From the NCBI GenBank assembly GCA_003135555.1, contig PLCF01000054.1, positions 22,058-55,422 of the forward strand: a DNA stretch of 33,365 nt, written 5' to 3'. Position 1 is the stretch's first letter. Each line of letters begins with the position of its first letter. This DNA comes from Vulcanimicrobiota bacterium (GTDB lineage: Bacteria > Vulcanimicrobiota > Vulcanimicrobiia > Vulcanimicrobiales > Vulcanimicrobiaceae). A program made the translations under genes and the position numbers. Positions 11,483 through 20,512 of this stretch are shown here, piece by piece. Below the pieces are notes generated by a model. It was not told the DNA's origin. It worked only from the letters and a program-made list of their open reading frames with translations, and did not search any database.

Positions 11483-12943
11483 CTAGCGCGTCAGCTGTTC
11501 ACCCGCGAGGTCGAGGTCGGTCGCCTTCACAACCAGCACGTCGGGATGCGACTTGCGCACCGCGTCGAGGAACTTCGACGCGTCGCCGACGAGTACGATC
11601 GTGGGCGGACGCGCGAACGAAGCGCTCGCGAAGCGGGTGACCGCGGCGGGATCGACCGCCGTCAAGGCCGCATTACTCGCGCCCAGCGCGTCGAGCGGCA
11701 GGCCGTTGAATGCGTTCGCAGCGACCGCGCGCACCAACCCGGCGGTGGTCTCGATCGAGGACGCGATGCCGCCCAGCAGCGACGTCCGCCGCGTGCCCAG
11801 CTCGTCGGCCGCGACCGGTGCGGTGCCCAGTGACGCCAGCGTCGTGAGCATCACGTCGAGGGCCTCGGCGGCCTTGGCGTGCTCGACCAGCGTGTTCGCC
11901 GACGTTCCCGCGGCGTAGCGGCCGCTGAGGTAGGTCGAGCTCGCGCCGTACGACAGCCCGCGCTTGACGCGAATCTCCTCGTTGAGCCGTCCGGAGTAGC
12001 CCGACAGCACGGAGTTCGCGATCGAAGCTGCGGCCCAATCGGACGCCGTACGCAGCGGCGCCGGGCGCGCGACGGCGATCGCCGTGCGACCCGCCGCCGG
12101 TTGATCGACGACGATCACGCGCGCCGTCGCCGGCGCGGCGGTCGGGAGCGGCGCAGGTGCCGGACCCGACGCGGTCCATGCGCCGAACAGGTGCTGCGCC
12201 AGCGCGAACGCTTGGGCGGACGTAAGATCGCCCCCGATGGTCAGCACCGAGCCCGACGGCCGGTAGTACGCGCGATGGTACGCGACGACGGCGTCGCGCT
12301 GCGTCGCGGCGACGGATCGCACGGTTCCGGAGATGGGCCGGCCGAACGGGTTCGCGAAGAGCGCGCGTTGCACGACGAGGTTGGCGAGGTTGGAAGGCGA
12401 GCCGTTGGCCAGCAAGATGCCGCTGGATGCCCGCTGCTTCGCGAGCGTGAGCTCGTCCGGCGCGAACGCGGGCTCGGCCACCGCCTCGGCCATGATCGCC
12501 AGCGCGGCGGGAAACCTCGCCGTCAGCGCATCGGTGGTGATGTCGGTGCGCTCGGTCGTCGCGCTCGCGTTCAACGTCGCGCCCAGCGCGTCGAGCGCGA
12601 CCGCGACCTCCTTGGCGGAACGGTGCCCCATCCCGCGCGAAATCAGCGACGCGGTCAGCGCAGCGAGCCCCGGCGCGCCGTCGGGATCGGCGGCCGCTCC
12701 GCCGGTGACCGCCAAGTCCGCCGCGGCGAGCGCGCTGCCGGGCACCCGCACCGCGAGGACGCGCAGCCCGTTGGGCAGCGTCGTTTGGATCGGCGTCGGA
12801 TACCGCACGGCCCGCTGCGGCCGCGGCGGCGGCGGCGTCGACTTCGCGCCGGGGACGATCGGGCTTTCCTGCGCTCGCGCGGCACCCGCGCCCACCAGCG
12901 CGGCGGTCACGAGCAGGACCGCCGACAGATGCGTACGCTTCAC
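11483..12943 (-). CDS. M16 (pitrilysin/insulinase) family peptidase, non-catalytic subunit, secreted
   Basis: GTG start overlapping the upstream stop, signal peptide, TLPNGLRV, RLNEEIRVKRGLSYG. The HxxEH motif is replaced (GLAALTASL). Confidence 0.88.
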   Translation of the reverse strand: MKRTHLSAVLLVTAALVGAGAARAQESPIVPGAKSTPPPPRPQRAVRYPTPIQTTLPNGLRVLAVRVPGSALAAADLAVTGGAAADPDGAPGLAALTASLISRGMGHRSAKEVAVALDALGATLNASATTERTDITTDALTARFPAALAIMAEAVAEPAFAPDELTLAKQRASSGILLANGSPSNLANLVVQRALFANPFGRPISGTVRSVAATQRDAVVAYHRAYYRPSGSVLTIGGDLTSAQAFALAQHLFGAWTASGPAPAPLPTAAPATARVIVVDQPAAGRTAIAVARPAPLRTASDWAAASIANSVLSGYSGRLNEEIRVKRGLSYGASSTYLSGRYAAGTSANTLVEHAKAAEALDVMLTTLASLGTAPVAADELGTRRTSLLGGIASSIETTAGLVRAVAANAFNGLPLDALGASNAALTAVDPAAVTRFASASFARPPTIVLVGDASKFLDAVRKSHPDVLVVKATDLDLAGEQLTR

Positions 12944-14307
12944 TTTGAGGCTCCCGGTGCGTTGGGCGTGGCGGTTTCGTACGCCACGACGGTGCTGTTG
13001 CTCGCGATGAGGTACTTGCGCGCGACGCGCTGCACGTCGGCGGCGGTCACGCGCTCGTACTCCGACGTGGCGCGGTTCACGATCCCCGGATCGCCGTCGA
13101 TGACCGCGGCGCGCACCAGCGCCTGCGCGACGTTGTCGTGCGTCTGCAGCGCGCGCGCGAGCGTCGCGATCGCTTGGATCTTGGCCTTGTCGAGCTCGGC
13201 GGCCGAAACGCGCTCGTCGCGCATCCTCGCGACCTCCTTGTCGAGCGCCGCTTCGAGATCGCCCGTCGTCTTGCCGGCGTTCGCGATGGCAAACACGTAG
13301 AAGAGCCCGGGCTGCTGGCGGGTGTCGGCGTTGGCGACCACCTGCGATGCGACCCCACCGTCGATCAGCGCGACGCGCAGCCGCGAGCTGATCCCGCGGC
13401 CCAGGAGCGCCTCGACGATGTTGAGCGCGGGCGTATCGGCGGAGCGCTGGGCCGGGATGTGGTATGCGATCACCGTCGCCGGGAGCGGCGCGTTCTTGCT
13501 GGTGTACGTGACTCGCCGTTGCGTGGTCTGCGCCGGCTCGACGATCCTGACGCGCGGAATCGGCGCCGCCGGCCTCTTGAGCGGGCCGAAATACTTCTGG
13601 ACCCACGCGAACGCCTGCTTGGGATCGAGATCGCCGACGAGCACCAGCGTTGCGTTGTCGGGGCGATAGAAGGTCGTGTGGAACGCGATGACGTCGGACA
13701 ACTTCGCGGCGTTGAGCTGCTCGGGGTTCCCGATGACGCCGAATTGGTACGGATGCCGCGTGTACGCGGCGTTAACGAGCTGGAACAGCATCCCGTACGG
13801 CTGGGCGAGCACGGACTGGTCGTACTCGCCGATGACGACCTTGCGCTCGGTCACGAAGTTCGGCTCGTCGACGGTCAGGTTTGCCATGCGGTCGGCCTCG
13901 GCCCACAGCAGCCGCTCGAGATGGTTCGACGGAACGATCTCATAGTAGTTCGTGATGTCTTCGGCGGTGTAGGCATTGTTGTAGCCGCCGACGTCTTCGG
14001 TGAAGCGGTCCATCGACTCGGGCTTCACGTTGACGGTGCCCTTGAACATCAAGTGCTCGAAGAGGTGCGCAAACCCGGATTTTCCGGGTGGATCGCTCTT
14101 TCCGCCGACGTTGTAGCCGATGTCGATGGCTACGGTGGGCGTGCGATGATCCTCGACCACGACCACGTGGAGCCCGTTGGGCAGAACGCGCTGCGTGAAG
14201 ACGATCGGCGCCACCGCGATCGGTGCTTGCTGCGCGCGCGCGGAGCACGGCGCGACCAAGCCCGTAGACAGGGCGGCGAGCGCGAGCCCGCGAGCAAACC
14301 TATGCAT
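12940..14307 (-). CDS. M16 family zinc peptidase, catalytic subunit, secreted
   Basis: Signal peptide MHRFARGLALAAL, LPNGLHV, GFAHLFEHLMFKG, NAYT, YRPDNATLVLVGD. Confidence 0.92.
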   Translation of the reverse strand: MHRFARGLALAALSTGLVAPCSARAQQAPIAVAPIVFTQRVLPNGLHVVVVEDHRTPTVAIDIGYNVGGKSDPPGKSGFAHLFEHLMFKGTVNVKPESMDRFTEDVGGYNNAYTAEDITNYYEIVPSNHLERLLWAEADRMANLTVDEPNFVTERKVVIGEYDQSVLAQPYGMLFQLVNAAYTRHPYQFGVIGNPEQLNAAKLSDVIAFHTTFYRPDNATLVLVGDLDPKQAFAWVQKYFGPLKRPAAPIPRVRIVEPAQTTQRRVTYTSKNAPLPATVIAYHIPAQRSADTPALNIVEALLGRGISSRLRVALIDGGVASQVVANADTRQQPGLFYVFAIANAGKTTGDLEAALDKEVARMRDERVSAAELDKAKIQAIATLARALQTHDNVAQALVRAAVIDGDPGIVNRATSEYERVTAADVQRVARKYLIASNSTVVAYETATPNAPGASK

Positions 14308-14408
14308 TCTTGCGTTGTGCGCGATCGGCGAGCGCCGAACCTCGCGCCGCCGCCCGCGGAGCGACCGCCATCGTTCGGTTGGAGCCTCGGCCGGGTACAC
14401 TACCGCCG

Positions 14409-14786
14409 ATGGAGACGACGGTCGACGAACTGCGCGCGCTGGCCGATGCCGGGGCGACGATCCTCAACGTCGGAGCGCGCGGCGGCCGCCGCGAGATCCG
14501 CGGCGCCGTCCGGTATCGCCCCCACGATCTGCTCACCCCCGAGCGCCTGGCGATACCGCTCGCGTCGGACAAGCCGGTCGTCCTCTACGACGAAGACGGT
14601 GCCGGCGACCTGACCTCGCGGATCGCCGACAAGCTACGCGCCGAAGGCTTTGCCGACGTGCGCGTCCTGGGGGGCGGCTTCGCCGCCTGGGAACGCGCCG
14701 GCGGCGTGACCCAGGAGTCCTCGATCGAGCAGGTCGTGCCGCCGATGAGCTCATCCGAGGTCCAAGCGCTGGACCGCCGGATCTAG
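14409..14786 (+). CDS. Rhodanese-like domain protein (active-site Cys replaced by Asp)
   Basis: IRGAVR, PVVLYD, LRAEGF, VLGGGFAAWERAG. Confidence 0.8.
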   Translation: METTVDELRALADAGATILNVGARGGRREIRGAVRYRPHDLLTPERLAIPLASDKPVVLYDEDGAGDLTSRIADKLRAEGFADVRVLGGGFAAWERAGGVTQESSIEQVVPPMSSSEVQALDRRI

Positions 14787-15307
14787 GGAAGCGCTTCGGC
14801 TGCAGGCGCGGCAGCGGCCGGCTTGCGCCGCGCCGCCACGTTGAGCAGCCCGCCTACGATCCCGAGACCGACGAACAGCCAGGCGAGCGCAGGCGTCCAG
14901 ACGGCGCTCCAGCCCAGCGCGGCGTCGAGGCTGTACGCCCCGTAGCCGACGAACGCGAAGGTGAAGCCGACAGCCAGGTACAGGAGCGCCAGTTCGACGC
15001 CCTTCGGCGCGAAGAAGCCGTTGCCGATGTGAATCGCTAGGATCGCCACGACCATCACGGAGATGATCAGCATCGAGCCGATCGGTCCGCCGAGGCCCAG
15101 CGCGAGCAGCACGCCGCCCAGCAGTTCGCCCGTACCGGCGGCGCCGGCAAAGAGCTTACCGGGCTTGAACCCAACGGTTTCGAAGAATCCGCCGGTACCG
15201 GCAAGGCCATAGCCCCCGAACCAGCCGAAGAGTTTCTGGGCCCCGTGCGCGGCAAAGCCGAGCCCGACGACGAGGCGAACGATGAGGAGTGGGAGCGCGA
15301 TTTCCAT
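14783..15307 (-). CDS. DoxX family membrane protein
   Basis: RLVVGLGFAAHGAQKLFGWFGG, GELLGG, GVEL, GAYSLD. Confidence 0.92.
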   Translation of the reverse strand: MEIALPLLIVRLVVGLGFAAHGAQKLFGWFGGYGLAGTGGFFETVGFKPGKLFAGAAGTGELLGGVLLALGLGGPIGSMLIISVMVVAILAIHIGNGFFAPKGVELALLYLAVGFTFAFVGYGAYSLDAALGWSAVWTPALAWLFVGLGIVGGLLNVAARRKPAAAAPAAEALP

Positions 15308-15323
15308 GAGCGGTCTTTCGTTG

Positions 15324-15381
15324 TACTTACGGAGAGTAGGTAGCCAACATCCTATCACCATGCTATACTTACGTCAAGTAG
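15324..15381. promoter_or_regulatory. Two TACT-N7-AGTA operator sites between the divergent doxX and hxlR genes
   Basis: TACTTACGGAGAGTAG (15324-15339) and TACTTACGTCAAGTAG (15366-15381), 42 bp apart in an AT-rich spacer. Confidence 0.75.
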
Positions 15382-15397
15382 CCTCCAGAGATTTCGT

Positions 15398-15766
15398 ATG
15401 AGCCTTCGCAGCGCCCCCGCCCCGGTCCAGACCCCTGCCGCCGACGACCATGCCGGCGAGATCAGCCCGTTCTGCCCCCGCTTCCAGTACGCCATCGAGC
15501 TGATCGGCCGGCGCTGGATCGGGGCGATTCTGCGCGTCCTCGGGGCTGGGCCGGCGCGTTTCAACGAGATCCTGACCGCCATCCCCGGTCTCTCCGACCG
15601 GCTGCTGACCGAGCGCCTGCGCGAGCTTGAACGCGAGGGCCTGGTGACCCGCACGGTCGCCCAAGAGCGCCCCGTCCGTGTCACCTACGAGCTGACGGAC
15701 TGCGCTCGCAGCCTGAGCGCGATCATTTGCTCGATCGCCACCTGGTCCGAACGCTGGGTCGAGTAG
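15398..15766 (+). CDS. HxlR/DUF24 (MarR-type) redox-sensing transcriptional regulator
   Basis: CPRFQYAIELIGRRW, RFNEI, LTERLRELE, PVRVTYELT. Conserved N-terminal Cys. Confidence 0.92.
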   Translation: MSLRSAPAPVQTPAADDHAGEISPFCPRFQYAIELIGRRWIGAILRVLGAGPARFNEILTAIPGLSDRLLTERLRELEREGLVTRTVAQERPVRVTYELTDCARSLSAIICSIATWSERWVE

Positions 15767-15789
15767 AACCCGCCGCCTCGGGTTCGCGG

Positions 15790-16267
15790 ATCGCGGGCGC
15801 ACGGGTCACGCTACGCCCGGCGAGCGCGTCCGATCTCGATCTGCTGACCGCCTGGTTCGGCGATCCCGAGTTCGTGCGCTGGTGGGGCGGCGAGCCGAAA
15901 ACGCGCGACGATGTCGCCGCGGACTACCTCGGGCGCAATTCCGGCAACGAGATCGTCTTCGCGTTCATCGTCCTGCACCAATCGCAGCCGATCGGCTACA
16001 TTCACGCTTGGAGCGACGAACCAAACGTCGGCGGGATCGACATCGTTTTGATTCCCGCGGCGCAAAACCGAGGGCTCGGACCGGATGCCGTTCGGACCCT
16101 AGCCCACTACTGCCGAACTGCGCTACAGTGGACCGAAGTCACGATCGACCCGGCGATCGACAACCACCGTGCGATAAGAGCCTTCGAAAAAGCCGGCTTC
16201 TCGCCCCATCAAATCCATTGAAGACGAACGCGACGGTACGCTTCTCCTCATGAAGTTCCGCGAATAG
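15790..16267 (+). pseudogene. GNAT acetyltransferase (AAC(6')-like), probably frameshifted and lacking a good start codon
   Basis: VTLRP...WWG, PIGYI, GIDI, QNRGLG, IDPAIDNHRAIRAFEKAGF, then an early TGA at 16219-16221. The +1 frame continues IEDERDGTLLLMKFRE* to 16267. No ATG/GTG precedes the domain. Confidence 0.55.
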
Positions 16268-16278
16268 CGATGGTGGCG

Positions 16279-16324
16279 CACCCTTCGACAAGCTCACGCG
16301 CACGTTGACTACGTCAGGGTGACA
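16279..16324. repeat. REP-like palindromic element, apparently interrupted
   Basis: CACCCTTCGACAAGCTCA-[20 bp]-GGGTGACA. The CACCCT/AGGGTG arms pair, and the element lies between convergent genes. Confidence 0.4.
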
Positions 16325-16389
16325 AAAGTCAGACCATGTCGCGAGCCCGTCGCTGTGATGCGGTCGCGCCCGCGACTAGACGGATCGAT

Positions 16390-17667
16390 CTAAGCGTAGA
16401 CTCCGCGGAGTTTTAGCGATTTGACGACGCGATCGATTGCCACCATGTACGCGGCGGTGCGATAGCTGATTCCGCGCGACTCGGCGATCTCGCGCAACAC
16501 GGTGAAATTGTCGAGCAGCACTTCTTTGAGGCGTTCGTTGACCTCGGATTCGCGCCAGAAGTAGCCTTGCCGGTCCTGCACCCACTCGAAGTACGAGACC
16601 GTCACGCCCCCGGCGTTGGCCATGATGTCGGGGATCACCACGATCCCGTTCTTGGCGAAGATGTGGTCGGCTTCGGGCGTCGTCGGCCCGTTTGCGCCCT
16701 CGACGATGAGCTTGGCCTTGATGCGCGACGCGTTGTCGACGTTGAGCACCTTCTCCAGCGCCGCCGGGACGAGCACGTCGCAATCGATCTCGAGCATCGC
16801 CTGATTTGACATCTTTTCGCCGCCGCGATACCCGTCGAGCGAGTGGTGCTCTTGCGCGTAGGCCATGGCGCCCTCGACGTCGAGCCCCTGCTCGTTGACG
16901 TAGGCGCCGGTGACGTCGGAGATTCCGATCACCTTGCAGCCCGCATCGGAGAACATTCGGCCGGCGATGCCGCCCACGTTGCCGAAACCTTGCACGACCA
17001 CGCGGGCGCCCTTGGGATCGATCCCCAGTCGTGCCATCTCATCGAGGGCCACGATGGAGACGCCCCGCCCGGTGGCCTCGACGCGTCCGCGCGATCCGCC
17101 GATCTCGAGCGGTTTGCCGGTCACGACGCCCGGCGTATTCTGCCGAACGTGCATCGAGTAAGTGTCCATGATCCACGCCATGTGCTGCGGCGTCGTGTTG
17201 ACGTCGGGCGCCGGAACATCTTTGTCAGGCCCGATGACTTCGACGAGCTCCGCGGCGTAGCGGCGCGTGATGCGCTCGATCTCGGCCATCGACAAGGTGT
17301 TGGGATCGCAGGTGACGCCGCCCTTACCGCCGCCGAAAGGCAAGTCGACGACGGCGCACTTCCAGGTCATCCAGAACGCCAAAGCGGTGACCTCGTCCAG
17401 GGTGACGCCGGGATGGAAGCGGATCCCGCCCTTGGCCGGCCCGCGCGCGAAGTTGTACTGAACGCGGTACCCGGTGTAGACCTCGATGCCGCCGTTGTCA
17501 CGCTGGAACGGGATGGAAAAGATGATCTGCCGCGACGGGTGCGTCAGGATCGCCTTGATCCCGGGATCGAGGTTGAGCAGGGCCGCCGCCTCGTTGAAGT
17601 AGGCGATCGCATCCCCGAAGACGCTGACCTCGCGTACCGCGGTCGTGCCCGGAACGGCTGTGGACAT
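16390..17667 (-). CDS. gdhA: Glu/Leu/Phe/Val dehydrogenase (glutamate dehydrogenase)
   Basis: GPAKGGIRFHP, MTWKCA, GGGKGG, DVPAPD, EATGRG, QGFGNVG, EGANGP, NAGGVTVSYFEW. Confidence 0.93.
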   Translation of the reverse strand: MSTAVPGTTAVREVSVFGDAIAYFNEAAALLNLDPGIKAILTHPSRQIIFSIPFQRDNGGIEVYTGYRVQYNFARGPAKGGIRFHPGVTLDEVTALAFWMTWKCAVVDLPFGGGKGGVTCDPNTLSMAEIERITRRYAAELVEVIGPDKDVPAPDVNTTPQHMAWIMDTYSMHVRQNTPGVVTGKPLEIGGSRGRVEATGRGVSIVALDEMARLGIDPKGARVVVQGFGNVGGIAGRMFSDAGCKVIGISDVTGAYVNEQGLDVEGAMAYAQEHHSLDGYRGGEKMSNQAMLEIDCDVLVPAALEKVLNVDNASRIKAKLIVEGANGPTTPEADHIFAKNGIVVIPDIMANAGGVTVSYFEWVQDRQGYFWRESEVNERLKEVLLDNFTVLREIAESRGISYRTAAYMVAIDRVVKSLKLRGVYA

Positions 17668-17846
17668 CGAGCAATGGCCTCCTGAGCCGTCCCGCTCCTT
17701 TAGGACATTGGGAGCAAACCCCTGGCTTCCGATTCGCCATTAGGCGAATCATGCCGAGCGAACGGTGGACGTAGTGTTCCCCCGCGCCGGGAGCAAGGCC
17801 GCTCGCTTGGTACCGAAGGGCGCCGTTCGCGCGGCCCCCGGAGCCT

Positions 17847-18941
17847 TCAGACGTTGAAGCGGAACTCGACCACGTCGCCTTCCTGCATTCCGTAGTCCTT
17901 GCCCTCGGATCGCAGCTTGCCCGCGGCGCGGATCGCGTCCATCGTGCGATACGCCACGTAGTCGACGTACGACACGATCTCGGCGCGGATGAAACCGCGC
18001 TCGATGTCGGTGTGGATCTTGCCGGCCGCCTGGGGCGCCCGGGTGCCCTTTTCGATCGTCCAGGCGCGCGTCTCTTTGGGGCCGGTGGTGAGAAACGTCA
18101 TCAAGCCGAGCAGGTCGTAGGCCTCGACGATGAGCCGGTCCAGCCCGCCCGACGTGATCCCGTAGTCGGCGCGGAACATCTGCACGTCCTCATCGCTCAT
18201 CCCCGCGAACTCCGACTCGATCTTGCCGTTGAACGCGATCGCGCGACTGTTCTCGGCCTTCGCGTAGTCGAACACCGCGCGCGCCATCGGGCCGGGGTCG
18301 TTGATCTGCGCTTCGTCGACGTTGGCGACGTACAGCATCGGCTTCGCCGTCAACAGGAACGCGTCGCGCGCCAGCTCCGCCTCGGGCGAGTCGTGCGGGA
18401 ACGCGCGTGCCGGCTTGCTCGCCTCGAGCGCGGCGATCAGCCGATCGAGCGCCCCGAGCTTGGGCGCCTCTTTCGGGTTGACGCGAACCTCACGGCCCAG
18501 CTTGTCGCGGCGGCGCTGGAGCGTCGCGAGATCGGCCAGTGCCATCTCGATCCCGACGATCTCGATGTCGCGCAACGGATCCGGCGAGCCCTCGACGTGC
18601 GAAACGTTGGAATCTTCGAAGCAGCGCACCACCATCGCCACGGCATCGGTTTCCCGGATGTGCGAGAGGAATGCGTTGCCCAGGCCTTGGCCGCTCGACG
18701 CGCCCCGCACCAGCCCCGCGATGTCGACGAAGCGCATCGTCGTCGGGACGATCTGTTCGGAACGGCTCAGCTCGGCCAGGGCACCGAGCCGAGGGTCGGG
18801 GACGGGGACCTCGCCGATGTTGGGTTCGATCGTGGCGAACGGGTAGTTGGCCGCAAGCGCCTGCGCGGACCGCGTCAGCGCGTTGAAGATGGTCGACTTG
18901 CCGACGTTGGGAAGTCCGACGATACCGCACGACAATGCCAC
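17847..18941 (-). CDS. ychF: Redox-regulated ATPase YchF
   Basis: GTG start. GIVGLPNVGKST, ANYPFATIEPN, DIAGLV, APQAAGKIHTD, EGKDY, FRFNV. Confidence 0.96.
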   Translation of the reverse strand: MALSCGIVGLPNVGKSTIFNALTRSAQALAANYPFATIEPNIGEVPVPDPRLGALAELSRSEQIVPTTMRFVDIAGLVRGASSGQGLGNAFLSHIRETDAVAMVVRCFEDSNVSHVEGSPDPLRDIEIVGIEMALADLATLQRRRDKLGREVRVNPKEAPKLGALDRLIAALEASKPARAFPHDSPEAELARDAFLLTAKPMLYVANVDEAQINDPGPMARAVFDYAKAENSRAIAFNGKIESEFAGMSDEDVQMFRADYGITSGGLDRLIVEAYDLLGLMTFLTTGPKETRAWTIEKGTRAPQAAGKIHTDIERGFIRAEIVSYVDYVAYRTMDAIRAAGKLRSEGKDYGMQEGDVVEFRFNV

Positions 18942-19031
18942 GGAGCGCGTTCGTACGCGACACCGTACGAATCGACCTCGCCATGGCTTACCCCGGAGGA
19001 GTTGCCCCCGAGGCCCCCGGAGTACCATGCT

Positions 19032-19505
19032 ATGCGGCAGATGAAGGTCGACAAGCTGGGGATCGATCTCCTCACGCACGACCCCGTCGTCATCCTCAAG
19101 GATCTCGAAGGCAAGCGCTATCTTCCGATTCTGATCGGACCGTTCGAGGCGACCGCCATCGCCCTGGCGCTCGAGGGGACCGCGGTGCCGCGCCCGCTGT
19201 CGCACGATCTGATGCGCACGCTGCTCGAAGCACTCTCCGCCAAGCTCGAGCAGATCGTCATCCACGATATCAAGGACTCCACGTTCTTCGCCAAGCTCAT
19301 TGTGCGCACCAACGGCGAGGTCCAAGAGATCGACGCCCGGCCCTCCGACGGGATCGCGCTCGCGCTGCGCATGGAAGCGCCGATCTTCGTCAGCGACAAG
19401 ATCGCGCTCGAAGAGACCGTGGGCGACAAGAACGCCGAACCCGAGGACGGAACGAAGTTCAAAAAGTTCATCGACGAACTCAAGCCCGCCGACTTCATGG
19501 ACTAG
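19032..19505 (+). CDS. Bifunctional nuclease family protein (DUF151)
   Basis: LPILIGPFEATAI, RPLSHDL, IDARPSDGIALALR. Confidence 0.92.
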   Translation: MRQMKVDKLGIDLLTHDPVVILKDLEGKRYLPILIGPFEATAIALALEGTAVPRPLSHDLMRTLLEALSAKLEQIVIHDIKDSTFFAKLIVRTNGEVQEIDARPSDGIALALRMEAPIFVSDKIALEETVGDKNAEPEDGTKFKKFIDELKPADFMD

Positions 19506-19690
19506 TCTGAGTCTAACGGCGCTCCGCCCCTGGCTCCGCGCCCCCCACCGCTTCGCGTGGGGCCCCCATGCAGCCGCGCGCGGCGACAATGGTCGCAGGG
19601 CGACATGCCCCGGGGCCGCGCGCGAACGTGGATGTTCTCTTGCCGCGCGCGAGCGGGGATTTTCGTCTCGCCGTCCTATCTAGGCGCGCG

Positions 19691-20500
19691 ATGTATATGA
19701 CAGATGACAAGGCTGAGATCGGGGTTTATGGGGGGTCGGGGTTTTACTCGCTCATCGAGAACCCGCGCGAGGTCTGGGTCGAGACGCCGTACGGGATGCC
19801 GTCGGACAAGATCGCGCTGGGCGAGATCGCCGGCAAGCGGGTCGCCTTTCTCCCGCGCCACGGCAAGGACCATCGCTACCCGCCGCAATCGATCAACTAC
19901 CGCGCCAACGCGTTCGCCATGAAGGCGCTGGGCGTGACGCGAATCATCGGGCCGACGGCCTGCGGCTCGCTGCAGCATCACGTCAAGCCCGGCTCGATGG
20001 TCGTCGCCGACCAGATCGTCGACCGCACCACCGGGCGCCGCGACACGTTCTACGACGGACCGGTGACGACGCATGTTTCGTTCGCCGACCCGTACTGCGC
20101 GCAGTTGCGCCCGATCGCGATCGCCGCGCTGCAAGGCCTGGGGATCGAGACGCACGACAAGGGCACCATCGTCGTGATTCAAGGACCGCGCTTCTCGACG
20201 CGGGCGGAATCGAAGTGGTTCAGCTCGTTGGGCTGGGAGGTCATCAACATGACCAACTATCCCGAGTCGTACCTCGCTCGCGAGCTCGAGATGTGCTACG
20301 TCAACATCTCGCTGATCACCGACTACGACGTCGGCCTGGAAGGTCAGACCGGCGTCGAGCCGGTTTCGCACCACGAAGTGATGCAGGTATTCGCCAGCAA
20401 CAACGAGCGCGTGAAGAACGCGATCTTCACCATCATCGAGAAGACCCCGGCCGAGCGCACCTGCGGGTGCGGCAACGCGCTGGCCGGCGCGCGCGGCTGA
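19691..20500 (+). CDS. mtnP: S-methyl-5'-thioadenosine phosphorylase
   Basis: IGVYGGSG, TPYG, LPRHG, INYRAN, QGPRFSTRAES, INMT, TDYD. Start at 19691 or 19697. Confidence 0.92.
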   Translation: MYMTDDKAEIGVYGGSGFYSLIENPREVWVETPYGMPSDKIALGEIAGKRVAFLPRHGKDHRYPPQSINYRANAFAMKALGVTRIIGPTACGSLQHHVKPGSMVVADQIVDRTTGRRDTFYDGPVTTHVSFADPYCAQLRPIAIAALQGLGIETHDKGTIVVIQGPRFSTRAESKWFSSLGWEVINMTNYPESYLARELEMCYVNISLITDYDVGLEGQTGVEPVSHHEVMQVFASNNERVKNAIFTIIEKTPAERTCGCGNALAGARG

Positions 20501-20512
20501 GCGGAGTCGGCC

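Noticed and set aside
11483..14307. M16 subunit lacking HxxEH as a novelty
   Set aside because: Active plus inactive M16B heterodimer pairs are common and well known.
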